The position numbers were made by a program, and so were the translations under genes. Shown here in pieces: positions 1 to 13,666 of a stretch of 64,000 nucleotides of DNA. Source of the stretch: Cyanobacteriota bacterium. GTDB lineage: Bacteria; Cyanobacteriota; Cyanobacteriia; Cyanobacteriales; Nostocaceae. Position 1 is the first letter of the stretch; each line of letters opens with the position of its first letter. The notes under the pieces are model-generated. The model was not told the origin of the DNA, searched no databases, and saw nothing but the letters and a program-made list of their open reading frames with translations. The stretch covers positions 9,035-73,034 of the forward strand of contig JBJOKS010000027.1 of the NCBI GenBank assembly GCA_046045965.1, written 5' to 3'.

Positions 1-1136
1 GTACGGAAGCTGCTCCCTGCGGGACGGATGGCTTCGTGTGCTTCCTGTGCGCCTTTAGATTTGGTAGTGTATTGTCTGGGTTGGGGGCTGAGATATTGCT
101 TACCGTATTTTTGTTCTACACAACTGCGAGCAGCTGAAATTGCTTGATCTGACAAATGCACCGAATCTGTCCGCATATAAGTAATATACCCTTGCTCATA
201 CAAATTCTGAGCAACTCGCATGGTATCCCGTGCTGAAAGACGCAGTTTGCGGTTAGATTCTTGTTGTAGCGTCGAAGTAGTAAACGGGGGTGAAGGTTTA
301 CGGGTAACAGGACGTTCTTCCATATCCGTCACACTCCAAGTTTTACCCTCCAGACGTTCCTTGAGTTCTAAAGCTTGCTCCTCATTCAACAACACCACAT
401 TGCGTCCAGCGGCTATTTGTCCCGTTGCGGGGTCAAAATCGCTGCCTGTAGCCACTTTCGTCCCGCCAAAAGTCACCAATTGGGCGCTAAATGGACTTTT
501 GTCCTGTAATAGACTGGCTTTTAAATCCCAATATGTACCTTCATGGAAAGCTCGACGCTGACGTTCCTTTGTCACCAATAGCCGCACCGCTACAGACTGC
601 ACTCGACCAGCTGAGAGTCCCCAGGCGATTTTTTTCCACAACAAGGGCGATAGGGTATATCCTACCAGTCGATCTAAAATTCGTCTGGTTTCTTGGGCGC
701 GAACCAATTGCTCATCAATGGTGCGGCAGTTGGTCAAAGCTTTTTTAATAGCTTCCTGGGTAATTTCGTGAAACACCATTCGCTTGGTTGGCACTTTAGG
801 TTTCAGCAATTGGTATAAATGCCAACTGATGCTTTCACCTTCCCGGTCTTCGTCAGTTGCCAAAATCAATTCATCAACACCTTTGAGGGCATCTTTAAGC
901 TGAGTGACAATTTTCTTTTTGTCTTTGGGGACGACATACACCGGTTCAAAGTCGGCTTCTATATTCACCCCAAGCTGCGCCCATTTCTCCCCTTTGATAG
1001 CGGCCGGAATTTCACTAGCCGACTGAGGTAGGTCACGAACGTGACCCATTGAAGCTTCTACCCGATAGTCTTTTGGCAGGTAGTTGCGAATGGTACGAGC
1101 TTTGGTTGGAGATTCGACGATGACGAGAGTTGACAT
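1..1136 (-). CDS. topA: DNA topoisomerase I (5' part; runs off the left edge; not in ORF track)
   Basis: Reverse strand from ATG at 1136 reads [21 protein letters not shown]...GHVRDLP...[16 protein letters not shown]...SAGRVQS...[13 protein letters not shown] (TOPRIM and type IA motifs). Confidence 0.96.
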   Translation of the reverse strand, partial: MSTLVIVESPTKARTIRNYLPKDYRVEASMGHVRDLPQSASEIPAAIKGEKWAQLGVNIEADFEPVYVVPKDKKKIVTQLKDALKGVDELILATDEDREGESISWHLYQLLKPKVPTKRMVFHEITQEAIKKALTNCRTIDEQLVRAQETRRILDRLVGYTLSPLLWKKIAWGLSAGRVQSVAVRLLVTKERQRRAFHEGTYWDLKASLLQDKSPFSAQLVTFGGTKVATGSDFDPATGQIAAGRNVVLLNEEQALELKERLEGKTWSVTDMEERPVTRKPSPPFTTSTLQQESNRKLRLSARDTMRVAQNLYEQGYITYMRTDSVHLSDQAISAARSCVEQKYGKQYLSPQPRQYTTKSKGAQEAHEAIRPAGSSFR

Positions 1137-1548
1137 GGAAATTTTAAAAAAAAGAATAGCTTTGAAGCTAAACAGTCAAATTGAGATAATTTTGGCGAAA
1201 TGTCAAGATAAAATATCACGCCTAAGCAGTGATTTTATCCTTACAAACACTGCCCACAAGGGGGAAATTTCTCTCAACTTTAGGTGCTGTGCTTCTTTTG
1301 AGCATTGGAGAAGCAACCTTGGAGAAATTGCCAGCTATTTCCATCTTTAACTTATCTGAGGCATATTTGGCGACTAAAGTTTTCAACTTCTCCCCCAAGT
1401 TTGACTTGACAAGCACCAGTCTGACATTAACTGCATTTTTCTGAGACAGGTGTTAAAAACAGACAGATAAATGCAATTCTGGTAAAGAAGTATAGATAGA
1501 ATTAACTTAGTTAGCCTTAATCTCTAATCGCCAAAACCTATACATCTC

Positions 1549-3111
1549 ATGGATTTTGCTAATATTGCATCCCAGTTGAATGCTGGAACGATTTTACCAG
1601 AGGGAATTGTCATTATCACCCTCTTGGGGGTTTTGATTGTGGATTTGATTTTGGGGCGCACATCTTCACGCTGGATCGGATATCTGGCGATCGCAGGTTT
1701 ACTGACTGCGATTGTCGCCCTATGCTTACAATGGGATGCTACCAACCCCATCGGATTTACTGGTAGCTTTAATGGTGACGACCTCAGTATTGTCTTTCGT
1801 GGCATTATTGCTTTGTCTGCCATTGTCACCATATTGATGTCAATTCGCTATGTGGAGCAGAGTGGTACTGCTTTAGCAGAGTTCATCGCCATTTTGATGA
1901 CGGCCACCTTGGGAGGAATGTTTCTATCAGGTGCTAGTGAGTTGGTGATGATCTTCATCTCCCTAGAAACCCTGAGTATTTCCTCTTATTTGCTGACAGG
2001 TTATACCAAGCGTGACCCCCGTTCTAATGAAGCGGCGCTGAAATACCTGTTAATTGGCGCTTCCAGTACAGCCGTATTTTTGTACGGTGTATCACTGCTC
2101 TATGGTTTGTCGGGTGGGCAAACAGAACTGAGTGCGATCGCTAACGGTATCGCTACTGCGAACGTCAGCCAATCTCTTGGTTTTATAATTGCTCTCGTTT
2201 TCGTCATTGCTGGCATTGGTTTCAAAATCTCCGCTGCACCCTTCCACCAGTGGACACCAGACGTTTATGAAGGCGCTCCTACCCCAGTCATCGCCTTTTT
2301 ATCCGTCGGTTCTAAAGCAGCAGGTTTTGCTCTGGCTATCCGCTTATTGACGGTAGTTTTCCCCCTCGTCGCTGACGAGTGGAGATTTGTCTTTACTGCG
2401 CTTGCAGTTCTCAGCATGGTGTTGGGTAACGTCGTTGCTCTAGCCCAAACCAGCATGAAACGGATGTTAGCTTATTCATCCATTGCTCAAGCCGGTTTTG
2501 TGATGATTGGCTTAATCTCTGGTACGGATGCAGGTTATTCCAGTATGATATTTTATCTGCTGGTTTACCTATTCATGAACCTGTGCGGCTTTACCTGCAT
2601 AGTTCTCTTCTCCCTGCGGACAGGAACAGATCAAATTGCTGAATACTCAGGTTTGTATCAGAAAGACCCACTGCTCACACTCGGTTTAAGTATCTCTCTC
2701 TTATCCTTGGGTGGTATTCCCCCACTCGCTGGGTTTTTTGGGAAGATTTACTTATTCTGGGCAGGTTGGCAAGCTGGCCTTTACTGGTTAGTTTTGCTGG
2801 GTTTAGTTACCAGTGTGGTTTCCATCTATTACTACATTCGTGTAGTGAAGATGATGGTGGTTAAAGAACCTCAAGAAATGTCTGACGTAGTGAAGAATTA
2901 TCCTCAAGTGCGTTGGGATTTACCGGGTTTAAGACCTTTACAAGTTGGTTTGATAGCAACTTTAATTGCTACTTCCATCGCGGGTATTTTGTCAAATCCA
3001 CTGTTTACTTTAGTAAATAATTCAGTTGCTAATACTCCTATTTTGCACGCTGCAAAGGTGGCGAGTACACAAGCAAGTGTAATTATCACTGAGCAAGCTG
3101 AGAAATTGTAG
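1549..3111 (+). CDS. ndhB: NAD(P)H-quinone oxidoreductase subunit 2 (NdhB/NuoN)
   Basis: Highly hydrophobic 520 aa; [41 protein letters not shown] motifs. Confidence 0.96.
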   Translation: MDFANIASQLNAGTILPEGIVIITLLGVLIVDLILGRTSSRWIGYLAIAGLLTAIVALCLQWDATNPIGFTGSFNGDDLSIVFRGIIALSAIVTILMSIRYVEQSGTALAEFIAILMTATLGGMFLSGASELVMIFISLETLSISSYLLTGYTKRDPRSNEAALKYLLIGASSTAVFLYGVSLLYGLSGGQTELSAIANGIATANVSQSLGFIIALVFVIAGIGFKISAAPFHQWTPDVYEGAPTPVIAFLSVGSKAAGFALAIRLLTVVFPLVADEWRFVFTALAVLSMVLGNVVALAQTSMKRMLAYSSIAQAGFVMIGLISGTDAGYSSMIFYLLVYLFMNLCGFTCIVLFSLRTGTDQIAEYSGLYQKDPLLTLGLSISLLSLGGIPPLAGFFGKIYLFWAGWQAGLYWLVLLGLVTSVVSIYYYIRVVKMMVVKEPQEMSDVVKNYPQVRWDLPGLRPLQVGLIATLIATSIAGILSNPLFTLVNNSVANTPILHAAKVASTQASVIITEQAEKL

Positions 3112-3282
3112 ATTGATTAATGGGTAATGAGTGATGGGTGCTTAACTCATTGCCCATTTTTCTTGACTGAACGCAGATGGACGCAGATAAACGCAGATGT
3201 TTTTTAATTCTTTCCATCAACAAACCAATTTTCAATTTTTAGATTGTGAAACTCACTAAAATCAGAATTTGATGTAGAGGAT

Positions 3283-3586
3283 TTTGTCTGAATCAGGATG
3301 TCTAGAATTTAAGTATTAACAGGATTGTGATTGTTTAATTGATGGTTTGATTTTATGTCTTTTTTTGTCTGAATCAGGATGTCCAGGATTTAACCCGGAT
3401 TTACAGGATTGTGATTGTTTAATTTTCTGTTTTCATCAGGATTTAAAGATATTATATCATTATTTAATTTATATTTATCCTCTTTTCGTCAACAAAAAAA
3501 TCATCCTGTACATCCTTAAATCCTGGTGATCCTGATTCAGACAAAAAAATCATCCTGTACATCCTTAAATCCAGTAAATCCTGATA
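3283..3586. repeat. Direct and inverted copies of a TTGTCTGAATCAGGAT... dispersed repeat
   Basis: TTGTCTGAATCAGGATGTC twice on + (~3284, ~3365) and its inverse ATCCTGATTCAGACAA at ~3529-3544; degenerate copy at ~9047-9092. Confidence 0.75.
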
Positions 3587-3700
3587 AAAAAACCTGCCGT
3601 GATTTAACTGAATAAAAACAGGCAGGTTAATCAGCCTATAACTGATTTTATTGACTGAAGTATTTGGGGTGGCAAAGATAATAGAAATAGTCAATAAGAC

Positions 3701-4276
3701 TTACTTAATTTTCTGTTTAATAAATGTCACAACCTGAGTTAGCTGTTTCTTCAAATTATCAATTTCAGCTTGCATCTTGACAATTTTGGCATTCAGAGCC
3801 TGAATTTCAGCCGAAGAAGCACCTTCTGTAGCAGAAGCTTTCCCTGGACCTACTTCTATTTTTGGAGCAGGTACTGGAGTAACAGCATCTTGACGATCTT
3901 GTTTAGCAGCCATAACCATAGCTGATTTAATAGCATTAATTAGCTGTCTTTGGTCAAATGGCTTACCCAGAAATTCAAAAGATTTAAATGGTTCAGGGAT
4001 TTTTTCTGTTACTTCTTCCTTACGGCCTGACATGATCACCAAAGGAATTTTCTTTAATTCTGGGTTGGCTTGAATTTTTTGGAAAACTTCCCACCCACTC
4101 ATTTTCGGTAAAATAAAATCCAACATGATCAAGCTGACTTTTTCTTGAAGGATGAGATTATATCCTTCTAAACCGTCTTTTGCTTCCAATACCTCAAAAT
4201 TGCCCGGAGGCAACATTTCACGTACTTTTACTCTGACAACTGTAGTGTCATCGATAACTAGAATTTTGTTGGCCAC
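3701..4276 (-). CDS. Response regulator (receiver domain plus C-terminal coiled coil)
   Basis: KILVIDD, LIMLDFILPKMSG, FLGKPF receiver motifs; heptad-rich tail. Confidence 0.88.
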   Translation of the reverse strand: MANKILVIDDTTVVRVKVREMLPPGNFEVLEAKDGLEGYNLILQEKVSLIMLDFILPKMSGWEVFQKIQANPELKKIPLVIMSGRKEEVTEKIPEPFKSFEFLGKPFDQRQLINAIKSAMVMAAKQDRQDAVTPVPAPKIEVGPGKASATEGASSAEIQALNAKIVKMQAEIDNLKKQLTQVVTFIKQKIK

Positions 4277-4539
4277 GACTGATTACTCTACCAGAGACTA
4301 TAAGTTGAGATGGCTGATATGCCGACTGACATTAAGAATTCTCCCACTATATACAAGATTTGTGTAAATTGGGGGAGAGTATATTTCGGTATAAGTGCTA
4401 AAACCGCTAGTAATTTTTCAAATTGCTGCTTGCGTTGTGAACAATGGTTAGTAAGCTATTAGTAGTTTTACCTTACAAGTATTATATTACAGGGTTTCAA
4501 AGTAATTTTTGATCTTGTCAGGCTAATCAACGGATTATT

Positions 4540-5436
4540 ATGACTTCTTCACAAGAACTGAAAACAGAAATTACCGCAATGCCTAACTGGTTACGCCGTT
4601 CTATTGGCAAAGCCAGTGAAATCTCGACGGTACAACGTATTATTAAGCAGCGTCAAATACATACCATTTGCGAAGAAGGGCGTTGTCCCAACCGGGGGGA
4701 ATGCTACGCCCAAAAAACGGCAACTTTTTTACTGATGGGACCTACTTGCACCAGGTCTTGTGCTTTTTGTCAAGTAGATAAAGGTCATGCACCAATGGCT
4801 TTAGACCAGGAAGAACCGCAAAAGGTAGCAGAAGCAGTACAGCTTTTAGAATTGCGTTATGTGGTTCTCACTTCTGTAGCTCGTGATGATTTAGCAGATG
4901 GGGGTGCAGGTCATTTTGTCAAGACGATGGCAACAATTCGCCAGTTCAACCCAGAAACGCAAATTGAAGTTTTAACCCCAGATTTTTGGGGTGGTGCTGG
5001 TGTGGGTGAAACTGGTCAAAAGCAGCGCATAGCTATGATTGTTACTGCTAAACCTGCTTGTTTTAATCATAACGTTGAAACAGTACGGAGGTTAACCGGT
5101 CGAGTGCGACGGGGTGCAAAATACGATCGCTCTTTAGGAGTGCTGGCAACAGTTAAAGACATTGATGCCAGTATACCCACTAAGTCAGGTTTAATGCTGG
5201 GACACGGAGAAACTCAAACAGAAATAATTGAGACAATGGCAGATTTACGGACTGTGGGATGCGATCGCTTAACACTCGGTCAGTATATGCGCCCTTCTTT
5301 AGAACATCTGCCAGTTCAAAAATATTGGACACCAGCAGAATTTGATGAACTTGGTAAAATAGCTGAGGACATGGGTTTTAGTCATGTTCGTTCTGGTCCT
5401 CTGGTTCGTAGTTCCTATCACGCTGGGGAATGGTGA
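4540..5436 (+). CDS. lipA: Lipoyl synthase
   Basis: [12 protein letters not shown], radical-[12 protein letters not shown]-terminal RSSY. Confidence 0.95.
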   Translation: MTSSQELKTEITAMPNWLRRSIGKASEISTVQRIIKQRQIHTICEEGRCPNRGECYAQKTATFLLMGPTCTRSCAFCQVDKGHAPMALDQEEPQKVAEAVQLLELRYVVLTSVARDDLADGGAGHFVKTMATIRQFNPETQIEVLTPDFWGGAGVGETGQKQRIAMIVTAKPACFNHNVETVRRLTGRVRRGAKYDRSLGVLATVKDIDASIPTKSGLMLGHGETQTEIIETMADLRTVGCDRLTLGQYMRPSLEHLPVQKYWTPAEFDELGKIAEDMGFSHVRSGPLVRSSYHAGEW

Positions 5437-5500
5437 TTGGGGACCCTTGACTGGGGACCCTTGACTGGGGACTGGGGAGGTAGGGGAAGAAAAGATTTTT

Positions 5501-5548
5501 ACCAATGACTAATGACCAATGACTAATGACCAATGACCAATGACTAAT
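5501..5548. repeat. STRR heptamer array (CCAATGA/CTAATGA)
   Basis: Tandem 7-mers read directly. Confidence 0.9.
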
Positions 5549-5625
5549 ATTTTTAAAGATTCTGGAAAATTGGCGCATCTGTTTGCTATTTGTTAAAAAG
5601 TCATGAAATACAGGAGAATCAAATT

Positions 5626-5742
5626 ATGACCTCTAAAGGTAAAGCTGCTAAACCTTCCTACGTTTTCCGTGCAAGTTGGGCGTTGCTACTGTTGGCTATC
5701 AACTTCTTGGTAGCAGCTTATTACTTCCACATCATCGACTAG
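5626..5742 (+). CDS. psaX: Photosystem I subunit PsaX (38 aa; below ORF-track cutoff)
   Basis: AGGAG upstream; translates MTSKGKAAKPSYVFRASWALLLLAINFLVAAYYFHIID. Confidence 0.93.
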   Translation: MTSKGKAAKPSYVFRASWALLLLAINFLVAAYYFHIID

Positions 5743-5849
5743 TTAGACGCAGACTGGTACTGCTTAAATCAGTGAATAGTTAACAATCAACAGTTATCAG
5801 TTGCATGGTGCGGCTTTTCAGTCGTCGATGACACTGATAACTGATACAG

Positions 5850-6056
5850 CAGGAGTCAGGAGTCAGGAGTCAGGAGATAGGAGGCAGCTATGCTGGAGGA
5901 ACCCACCCTTCAAAGAATGGGATTGAAGCAAGGACGCTTTGTATTTGGTGCTACCCATCTCGATACAATTCCTTTTTTAAACTGGGCTTTAAACCCAGAA
6001 CTAAAGTTTTTCATACTTCTTTCCTCCTGCCTCCTGCCCTCTGCCTCCTGCCTTCT
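5850..6056. repeat. STRR-bounded intergenic repeat region (CAGGAGT array ... CTGCCTC array)
   Basis: Heptamer arrays at both ends, between convergent genes. Confidence 0.7.
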
Positions 6057-6066
6057 TTGTAACTTG

Positions 6067-6933
6067 TTAAATTGTGCCTTTGAATAAACCTTTAGGACGG
6101 ATGAGCAGCACCAAAATCATAATTAATAGTGCTACACCTTGTTTATACTGGGAACCCAACCAAGGGGTGCTGACTTCCTGAACGATACCAATAATAAAAG
6201 CAGCAGCGATCGCACCGTAGGGGTTGCCGATACCTCCCAAAATTACAGACGCAAATAAAGGCAAAATCAAAAACCAGCCCATATTCGGACGCACAGCCGT
6301 AATTAAACCGTACATACTACCGCCTAAAGAAGTAAAAGTACCAGCAATTACCCAAGTCCAGAAAATTACTCGGTCAACATTAATGCCAGAAACCCTAGCT
6401 AAATCTAGATCATCAGCAACTGCTCGCATGGCCTTACCAATTTTGGTGTTTTGTAGCAGGTAGTGAAGGAACAAAATCGCCAGCACAGCTAACCCTAATA
6501 CCAATAATTGATTTTGCGGTACTCGTAATTCTCCAAATTCTAAAGCAGGGATGACAGGGAGATTATAGTTTTGGTTTTTACCACCCCAGATAAAAATAAT
6601 GCCATTGCGGAGAAATAACGCCAGTCCGATTGAGATGATAATCAGTGTTGTGGAAGTAGCACGCACTGACCGCATCTTTGACCACAGCAATTTTTCTGTC
6701 AGTAACATTACCGCTACTGTTCCCGCTGCTGCTAAAATCATGGATAACCAGATATTTACCCCTAAAGCATTTGCTACCAAAGTCAGATAAGCTCCCAGTG
6801 TGAGAAAATCACCGTGAGCAAAGTTAGATAATCGTAAAATTCCATAGGTCAGTGTCAGTCCCACCGCAGCTAGAGCAATAATGCTACCTACAGCAATGCC
6901 GTTAATCATCAATTGAGCCAGTTGTGCATCCAT
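6067..6933 (-). CDS. Branched-chain/neutral amino acid ABC transporter permease (LivH/NatD type)
   Basis: GLTLTYGILRLSNFAHG, GKAMRAVADD, VILGGIGN. Confidence 0.9.
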   Translation of the reverse strand: MDAQLAQLMINGIAVGSIIALAAVGLTLTYGILRLSNFAHGDFLTLGAYLTLVANALGVNIWLSMILAAAGTVAVMLLTEKLLWSKMRSVRATSTTLIIISIGLALFLRNGIIFIWGGKNQNYNLPVIPALEFGELRVPQNQLLVLGLAVLAILFLHYLLQNTKIGKAMRAVADDLDLARVSGINVDRVIFWTWVIAGTFTSLGGSMYGLITAVRPNMGWFLILPLFASVILGGIGNPYGAIAAAFIIGIVQEVSTPWLGSQYKQGVALLIMILVLLIRPKGLFKGTI

Positions 6934-7117
6934 TGTTTAAAGTTTCTATGAAGAAAAAAATAAATGTGTATTTTAATTCAATAACTGATTAATTAAGCAT
7001 TACAATTGACACCATCAGTTATGTTTTACAATTAAAAGAGATTTATCCGTTAATATACATAAAATCCAGTTCATATTTTCCTGCCAAGGTTTAGATTCTT
7101 TGGCTGTCTAGTTGACC

Positions 7118-8971
<1,854 letters not shown>

Positions 8972-9188
8972 AACTCTCTTTCTGTCTAGGTTTTAATTTA
9001 GATGCTGTACCTCATTGAATCTGCAATCTGCTATATAGTTAATTATTTGTCTGAATTAGGATTTACAGGATGATTATTTGTGATTCAGACAATATTTCTC
9101 TTCAGAAAAGCTGTCCTAGAAGGACGGGGTTGGAAACCCAAATTTTCTATAATATGAAGTTGTCAGGTGTTATAGGGTTTTGCAGGAA

Positions 9189-10010
9189 ATGACACTCACA
9201 GAAAAACTAGAACAGTTAAAAGCTTTATTTGCAGAAATGGAGCAAGCGTTGATCGCTTACTCAGGGGGAGTTGATAGTACATTGGTTGCTAAGATTGCTT
9301 ATGATGTGTTAGGCGATCGCGCTTTAGCTGTAACTGCGGTTTCTCCTTCCTTACTACCAGAAGAATTAGCAGACGCGACAGCACAAGCAGCAACTATGGG
9401 GATAGCGCATAAAATCGTTCATACCCACGAGATGGAAAATCCCAACTATACCTCAAACCCAGTCAACCGTTGCTATTTTTGCAAAAGTGAATTGCACGAC
9501 ACACTCAAACCGCTGGCATTAGAGTTAGGATATCCTTATGTAGTAGATGGGGTAAACGCCGATGATTTGCATGATTATCGCCCCGGAATTCAAGCTGCTA
9601 AACAAAGAGGTGCGCGATCACCCTTAGCAGAAATTGGTGTCACAAAAGCCGAAGTTCGTCAACTTTCCCAACAACTTGGCCTACCTTGGTGGGATAAACC
9701 TGCTCAACCCTGTTTAAGTTCTCGCTTTCCCTATGGTGAAGAAATTACCATAGCCAAATTACAACGAGTTGGTAGAGCAGAAATTTATTTAAGAAATCTC
9801 GGATGGGATAATTTGCGGGTACGTTCAGAAGGAGATACAGCTAAAATTGAATTACCACCAGAAAAAATTGCAGATTTTGTCTTAAAAACAGACTTACCCA
9901 CAGTTGTTAGTACATTTCAGAATTTAGGATTTATCTACGTCACCTTAGACTTAGAAGGTTATCGCAGTGGTAAGTTAAACCAAGTTTTACAACAAATTCC
10001 AGCCAGATAA
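9189..10010 (+). CDS. larE: ATP-dependent sacrificial sulfur transferase LarE family (PP-loop)
   Basis: AYSGGVDS PP-loop, NRCYFCK, DYRPG, PCLSSRFP. Confidence 0.85.
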   Translation: MTLTEKLEQLKALFAEMEQALIAYSGGVDSTLVAKIAYDVLGDRALAVTAVSPSLLPEELADATAQAATMGIAHKIVHTHEMENPNYTSNPVNRCYFCKSELHDTLKPLALELGYPYVVDGVNADDLHDYRPGIQAAKQRGARSPLAEIGVTKAEVRQLSQQLGLPWWDKPAQPCLSSRFPYGEEITIAKLQRVGRAEIYLRNLGWDNLRVRSEGDTAKIELPPEKIADFVLKTDLPTVVSTFQNLGFIYVTLDLEGYRSGKLNQVLQQIPAR

Positions 10011-10121
10011 AGATCAAGTAAGCTGACAATTTTCACAATTTAGCTGCTTTACTCTTGAACTCCTGACTCCTGACTCCTGACTCCTGAACTCCTGAACTCC
10101 TGAACTCCTTGATCTTCTTCC

Positions 10122-11258
10122 TCACAGCCGTTGAGCAACTCTATATTCTATTTGTTGTAAGGCAGCTTGCCATACAGCATATCCTGTTGGTGATAAATGC
10201 ACACCATCTGTCGTTAAGTCAGAACGTAAGTTACCGTCAAAATCTGTAAACCAATTGTGGATATTCAGATAATTAGCACCTTCTTGTCGGGCAATCAAGG
10301 CAATTTGAGCATTGATATGACGAATACGCCGGTTAGGAACTTGAGCGCGGTGAACAGGCAAAATTGATTGCACCATAATCTGACTTTTTGAGTGAGTTTG
10401 GCGCAAGCTGCGAATAATCCGACGATGATTAAGTAAAATCGTCTGATCACTATCACCCTTGAGTAAATCATTAATTCCAATCATCACATAAATCACTTCT
10501 GGTCGTGTTGTTGAAAAGGCTGATAATCTTCTCAAAACACCTGTGGAACTATCTCCTGATATCCCTTGATTCAGCCACAATTTACCAACAGGTAGTTTTT
10601 CTTTAGGAAACCACATACTCAAAGAATCACCCACCAAGATACTCAACCGATTTGTACCTTGTCCTTGGGAAATAGCTCTGGCTTCCATAGCTAATAAGCT
10701 TTTCCAATCTTCATAACTGAGTTTATCTTTTTTCGCTGACTTCCAAGAAGACTGTAAATCTTCATCATCTACACGAGTGTAAATTTGGCCAGTTTTCAGG
10801 GATGCCAATCTTAAATAGTACATTTGAATCCCAGATACCGGAGTTTGCTTGGTTTTTTGAGAACTGAAGTTCAGTGCTGTTTTTTTAGATGTTGGCAAAA
10901 CATAGTTTGCTAATTCTGCTAACAAGATGTCAACGTGGGGACTAATTTTCTTCACTTGTACCGGGGAAGTTTCTGATGCGGATACAGTTTGACTGCTGAA
11001 TTCTGGTAAAGAAGTGCTTTTCTGGCGTGATCGTAACTGTGAACTCCCTGGTTTGGATATAGCTTGACTACTGAATTCTGGTAAAGAAATGTCAACTTTA
11101 GAAGTAGCTTTTTCACTTACTGACAACTGTGAACGTGGGTTTATATCCTCCAGAAATCCCGTATTTTCTGGTGGGAGACTCGACATCTTTGGGAGAGCCG
11201 ATGTTGGTACTGCCAATCCTGTTAACAAGCTTGCTGCCAACAGATAAGGTTCCTTCAT
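10122..11258 (-). CDS. SGNH/GDSL hydrolase with N-terminal signal peptide
   Basis: GDSL, NQGISGD, IGIND, DGVH blocks. Confidence 0.9.
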   Translation of the reverse strand: MKEPYLLAASLLTGLAVPTSALPKMSSLPPENTGFLEDINPRSQLSVSEKATSKVDISLPEFSSQAISKPGSSQLRSRQKSTSLPEFSSQTVSASETSPVQVKKISPHVDILLAELANYVLPTSKKTALNFSSQKTKQTPVSGIQMYYLRLASLKTGQIYTRVDDEDLQSSWKSAKKDKLSYEDWKSLLAMEARAISQGQGTNRLSILVGDSLSMWFPKEKLPVGKLWLNQGISGDSSTGVLRRLSAFSTTRPEVIYVMIGINDLLKGDSDQTILLNHRRIIRSLRQTHSKSQIMVQSILPVHRAQVPNRRIRHINAQIALIARQEGANYLNIHNWFTDFDGNLRSDLTTDGVHLSPTGYAVWQAALQQIEYRVAQRL

Positions 11259-11499
11259 CGTTTTTTCTTTCCTTGTAAGTACTCACTGCTTTTCCTTATG
11301 ACAGCCATATCTAGCTGATTTCAGGAAAATTCTACTTTCCTTACGCTGTATCAAGATCCCCCATGAGAATGTAATTTTGCATCTTTTAGTATAAAAATAG
11401 ACAAATAAAAAAAATATTGTTAAATTTTATTCTATATACAATAACGTCGTTTAAAGTGCTAAGATTTATGCGAAGTCATTAATGTTTCCTTTTATTTCC

Positions 11500-11694
11500 G
11501 TGGCTAGAGCTAGTACCGCAATTGGCGTAAGTCCAATCATTAAAGAGACTGTGCAAAAACAGGCACATTCTACACGTCTGACCTTAAAAGAGGTTATCCT
11601 CATGGGGATGTTGGCAATTGATAAGCTAGACGATCAAGGTCGTCAAGAATTAGCGGATCAAGTGCATAAAATGCAAGTAGATGGCGAGATTTAA
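11500..11694 (+). CDS. Small hypothetical protein, possibly ribbon-helix-helix
   Basis: GTG start; strand-helix-helix pattern TAIGVS/PIIKETVQKQAHS/LKEVILMGML. Confidence 0.6.
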   Translation: MARASTAIGVSPIIKETVQKQAHSTRLTLKEVILMGMLAIDKLDDQGRQELADQVHKMQVDGEI

Positions 11695-11843
11695 AATCTG
11701 CCTTGAGAAGTCTAAACTCTAAAGTCTCAGGTACATCAACATTGACTGTACTCAAGACAATAGTAAAACCATGACTGATCAAGTGTTGACTCTTGGCTAG
11801 ATCGAGAGCAACATCTCTTGTAATCAACCTCATTCAGTCTCAT

Positions 11844-12185
11844 TCAGTTCACAAGATACCAAGTGGTGTGTTGAGTTACATCAACAAAACCCATTCTTTT
11901 GGAAAAAGCGAAGGGGGTTAAAACTAATTCCCCTTCATCAGTTAACAACTTAATCAAGAACTCAGCGAAACTCTGAGGATAACGTACTGAATTAAGTTTA
12001 ATTACCGCTGATTTACACGAGTGTAAATCAGTACCAACGAATTCAGTATTAGTGTTTTTTAGCAAATTCGGCTAAATTGCACTTTGGTTATCCTTTGAGG
12101 ATTTCTGGTAAATATTGTGTCTGTCAGGAGAAATATGAGCTTGATGGCAATTTTTGAGTAAATTTTCGTCTACTCTGGCTATAAA
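11844..12185 (-). pseudogene. Decayed C-terminal remnant of a beta-class (N4C/N6A) DNA methyltransferase
   Basis: Reads ...KDNQSAI*PNLL...RYPQSFAEFLIKLLTDEGELVLTPFAFS, a degenerate HPARFP...VLDPFAGS motif; in-frame stop at ~12073 and a frameshift upstream. Confidence 0.75.
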
Positions 12186-12294
12186 GCTATTAATTACACC
12201 TAAATTACCTAAGAGTTTAACATTAAATACGCTGCAAATCAAGATATTTTATAGTCACAAATGTGATTTATGGATTTTTCCTCTTCCTCAGTCC

Positions 12295-13530
12295 TTAATA
12301 TCGGCTCAAAACCAAAAATCCTACCTGAAATAACCCGACAACAAAACCTAAAATACCGCCTAAAGTCACAATTGCTTGTAATTCGTTTTTGACAATTCCT
12401 TCAATAGCGGCTTCTAAATCAGCAGGTGAAGTTGATTTTACTCGGTCAACGATCACTTGATCTATAGATAAAATGGGAATTACTTGGGCAACAATTGCTT
12501 CTAAATCTCTTTCTAAATAACGTTCTAAAATTAAAGCTAACTCTTGGGAAACTACTTCTAAAGAAGTATTGACAACTGGTGAATTTCGCAAACGATTTAA
12601 AAGCAACACAGCAATATTTTCCCAGTCCGCTGATTCAGTTAATTCCTGTAACAAATTGCTACCACTTTTTTGTAAGTAATGGCGCACACTCTCCCTAGTG
12701 GTTTTTCTGAGTTGGCGAACTGTACCAACTGGTAAATTTTGTAGAGATAAATCTTGTAATAATTTTTTGAGGCGATCGCGCATTTGCAAATCTTGGGTTA
12801 ATTCTTGCAAGCGTTTATTAGTAGCCTCTTTTTCATCCAAACAAAAAGTCCTTAGCCGGGTGAGAGTATTACGTAAACCAAATAGATTAGCAACTACCCA
12901 ATAAGTACCGCTAGTTTTTTCTCGAAAGCTGTCATCAATAGTTTGAATAGTGCGATCCGTCAAAAAATCAACTATTGCTTGTCGTAAAACATCAGGCGGT
13001 AAAACCACTTGCAACAACCAATCAGCTAACCGTGTAGATTGTTCTTCAGTGAGTTGAAATTCCAGTAATATCTGGTCAAAAATTTGATTAATTTGCGCTT
13101 CTAAAAAATTTTCTTGTCGTGCTAAAACTTTTAAGAGGCGTGGTAAGGACTCTCCCAACAAATCCCGTAAAATTCCCGCCACAACTTTAACACTTTTCTG
13201 GTTTTTATCACCTTGGATTTGTTCAATTGCCAATTGCAATAACCAGAGAATCGCACCTTGTACCCGTTCTGTTTGTAAGAGTCGCTTTGCCAGCTTTTGC
13301 AATTCTTCTGGCGTTAACAGCGATCCCATAATAGTATTAGAGATATTTTTTGCCAATCTTTCCTGATTACGGGGAATCAAGCCAGGAGTAAAAGGCAATC
13401 TTCGCCCCCAAATATAGATAGCTTGGTAAGGGCGAAATAGCATTTTTATGGCTATATCGTTGGTGAAATAGCCGATAACTCCGCCCAAAACTGGGGGTGA
13501 TACATAAAGCCAAAGATGAGACCAATCCAC
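12295..13530 (-). CDS. DUF445 family membrane protein
   Basis: [17 protein letters not shown] and [13 protein letters not shown]; likely GTG start at 13530, since the longer ORF is read-through of STRR repeats. Confidence 0.88.
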   Translation of the reverse strand: MDWSHLWLYVSPPVLGGVIGYFTNDIAIKMLFRPYQAIYIWGRRLPFTPGLIPRNQERLAKNISNTIMGSLLTPEELQKLAKRLLQTERVQGAILWLLQLAIEQIQGDKNQKSVKVVAGILRDLLGESLPRLLKVLARQENFLEAQINQIFDQILLEFQLTEEQSTRLADWLLQVVLPPDVLRQAIVDFLTDRTIQTIDDSFREKTSGTYWVVANLFGLRNTLTRLRTFCLDEKEATNKRLQELTQDLQMRDRLKKLLQDLSLQNLPVGTVRQLRKTTRESVRHYLQKSGSNLLQELTESADWENIAVLLLNRLRNSPVVNTSLEVVSQELALILERYLERDLEAIVAQVIPILSIDQVIVDRVKSTSPADLEAAIEGIVKNELQAIVTLGGILGFVVGLFQVGFLVLSRY

Positions 13531-13562
13531 AGGATTTTGGATTAGAGAAAGAGGACAAGGTA

Positions 13563-13656
13563 CTGGGGATTGGGGACTGGGGACTGGGGATTGGGGACTG
13601 GGGACTGGAGGAATTAACCTTCCACTTCTTGCCTTTTGCCTTTTGCCTCTTGCCTC
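13563..13656. repeat. STRR arrays (TGGGGAC/TGGGGAT and TTTTGCC)
   Basis: Tandem 7-mers read directly. Confidence 0.9.
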
Positions 13657-13666
13657 CAAATACCAA

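Noticed and set aside
220..1031. Plus-strand ORFs 220-561, 491-748 and 819-1031
   Set aside because: Antisense shadows of topA
1222..1416. 64-aa Lys-rich minus-strand ORF upstream of topA
   Set aside because: Protein-like composition but no recognisable motif or clear start/RBS; cannot be supported without a conservation search
3347..3694. ORFs 3347-3529 and 3464-3694, and a possible CRISPR array
   Set aside because: Translations of the dispersed repeat; only two direct units, inverted copies, no unique regular spacers and no cas genes
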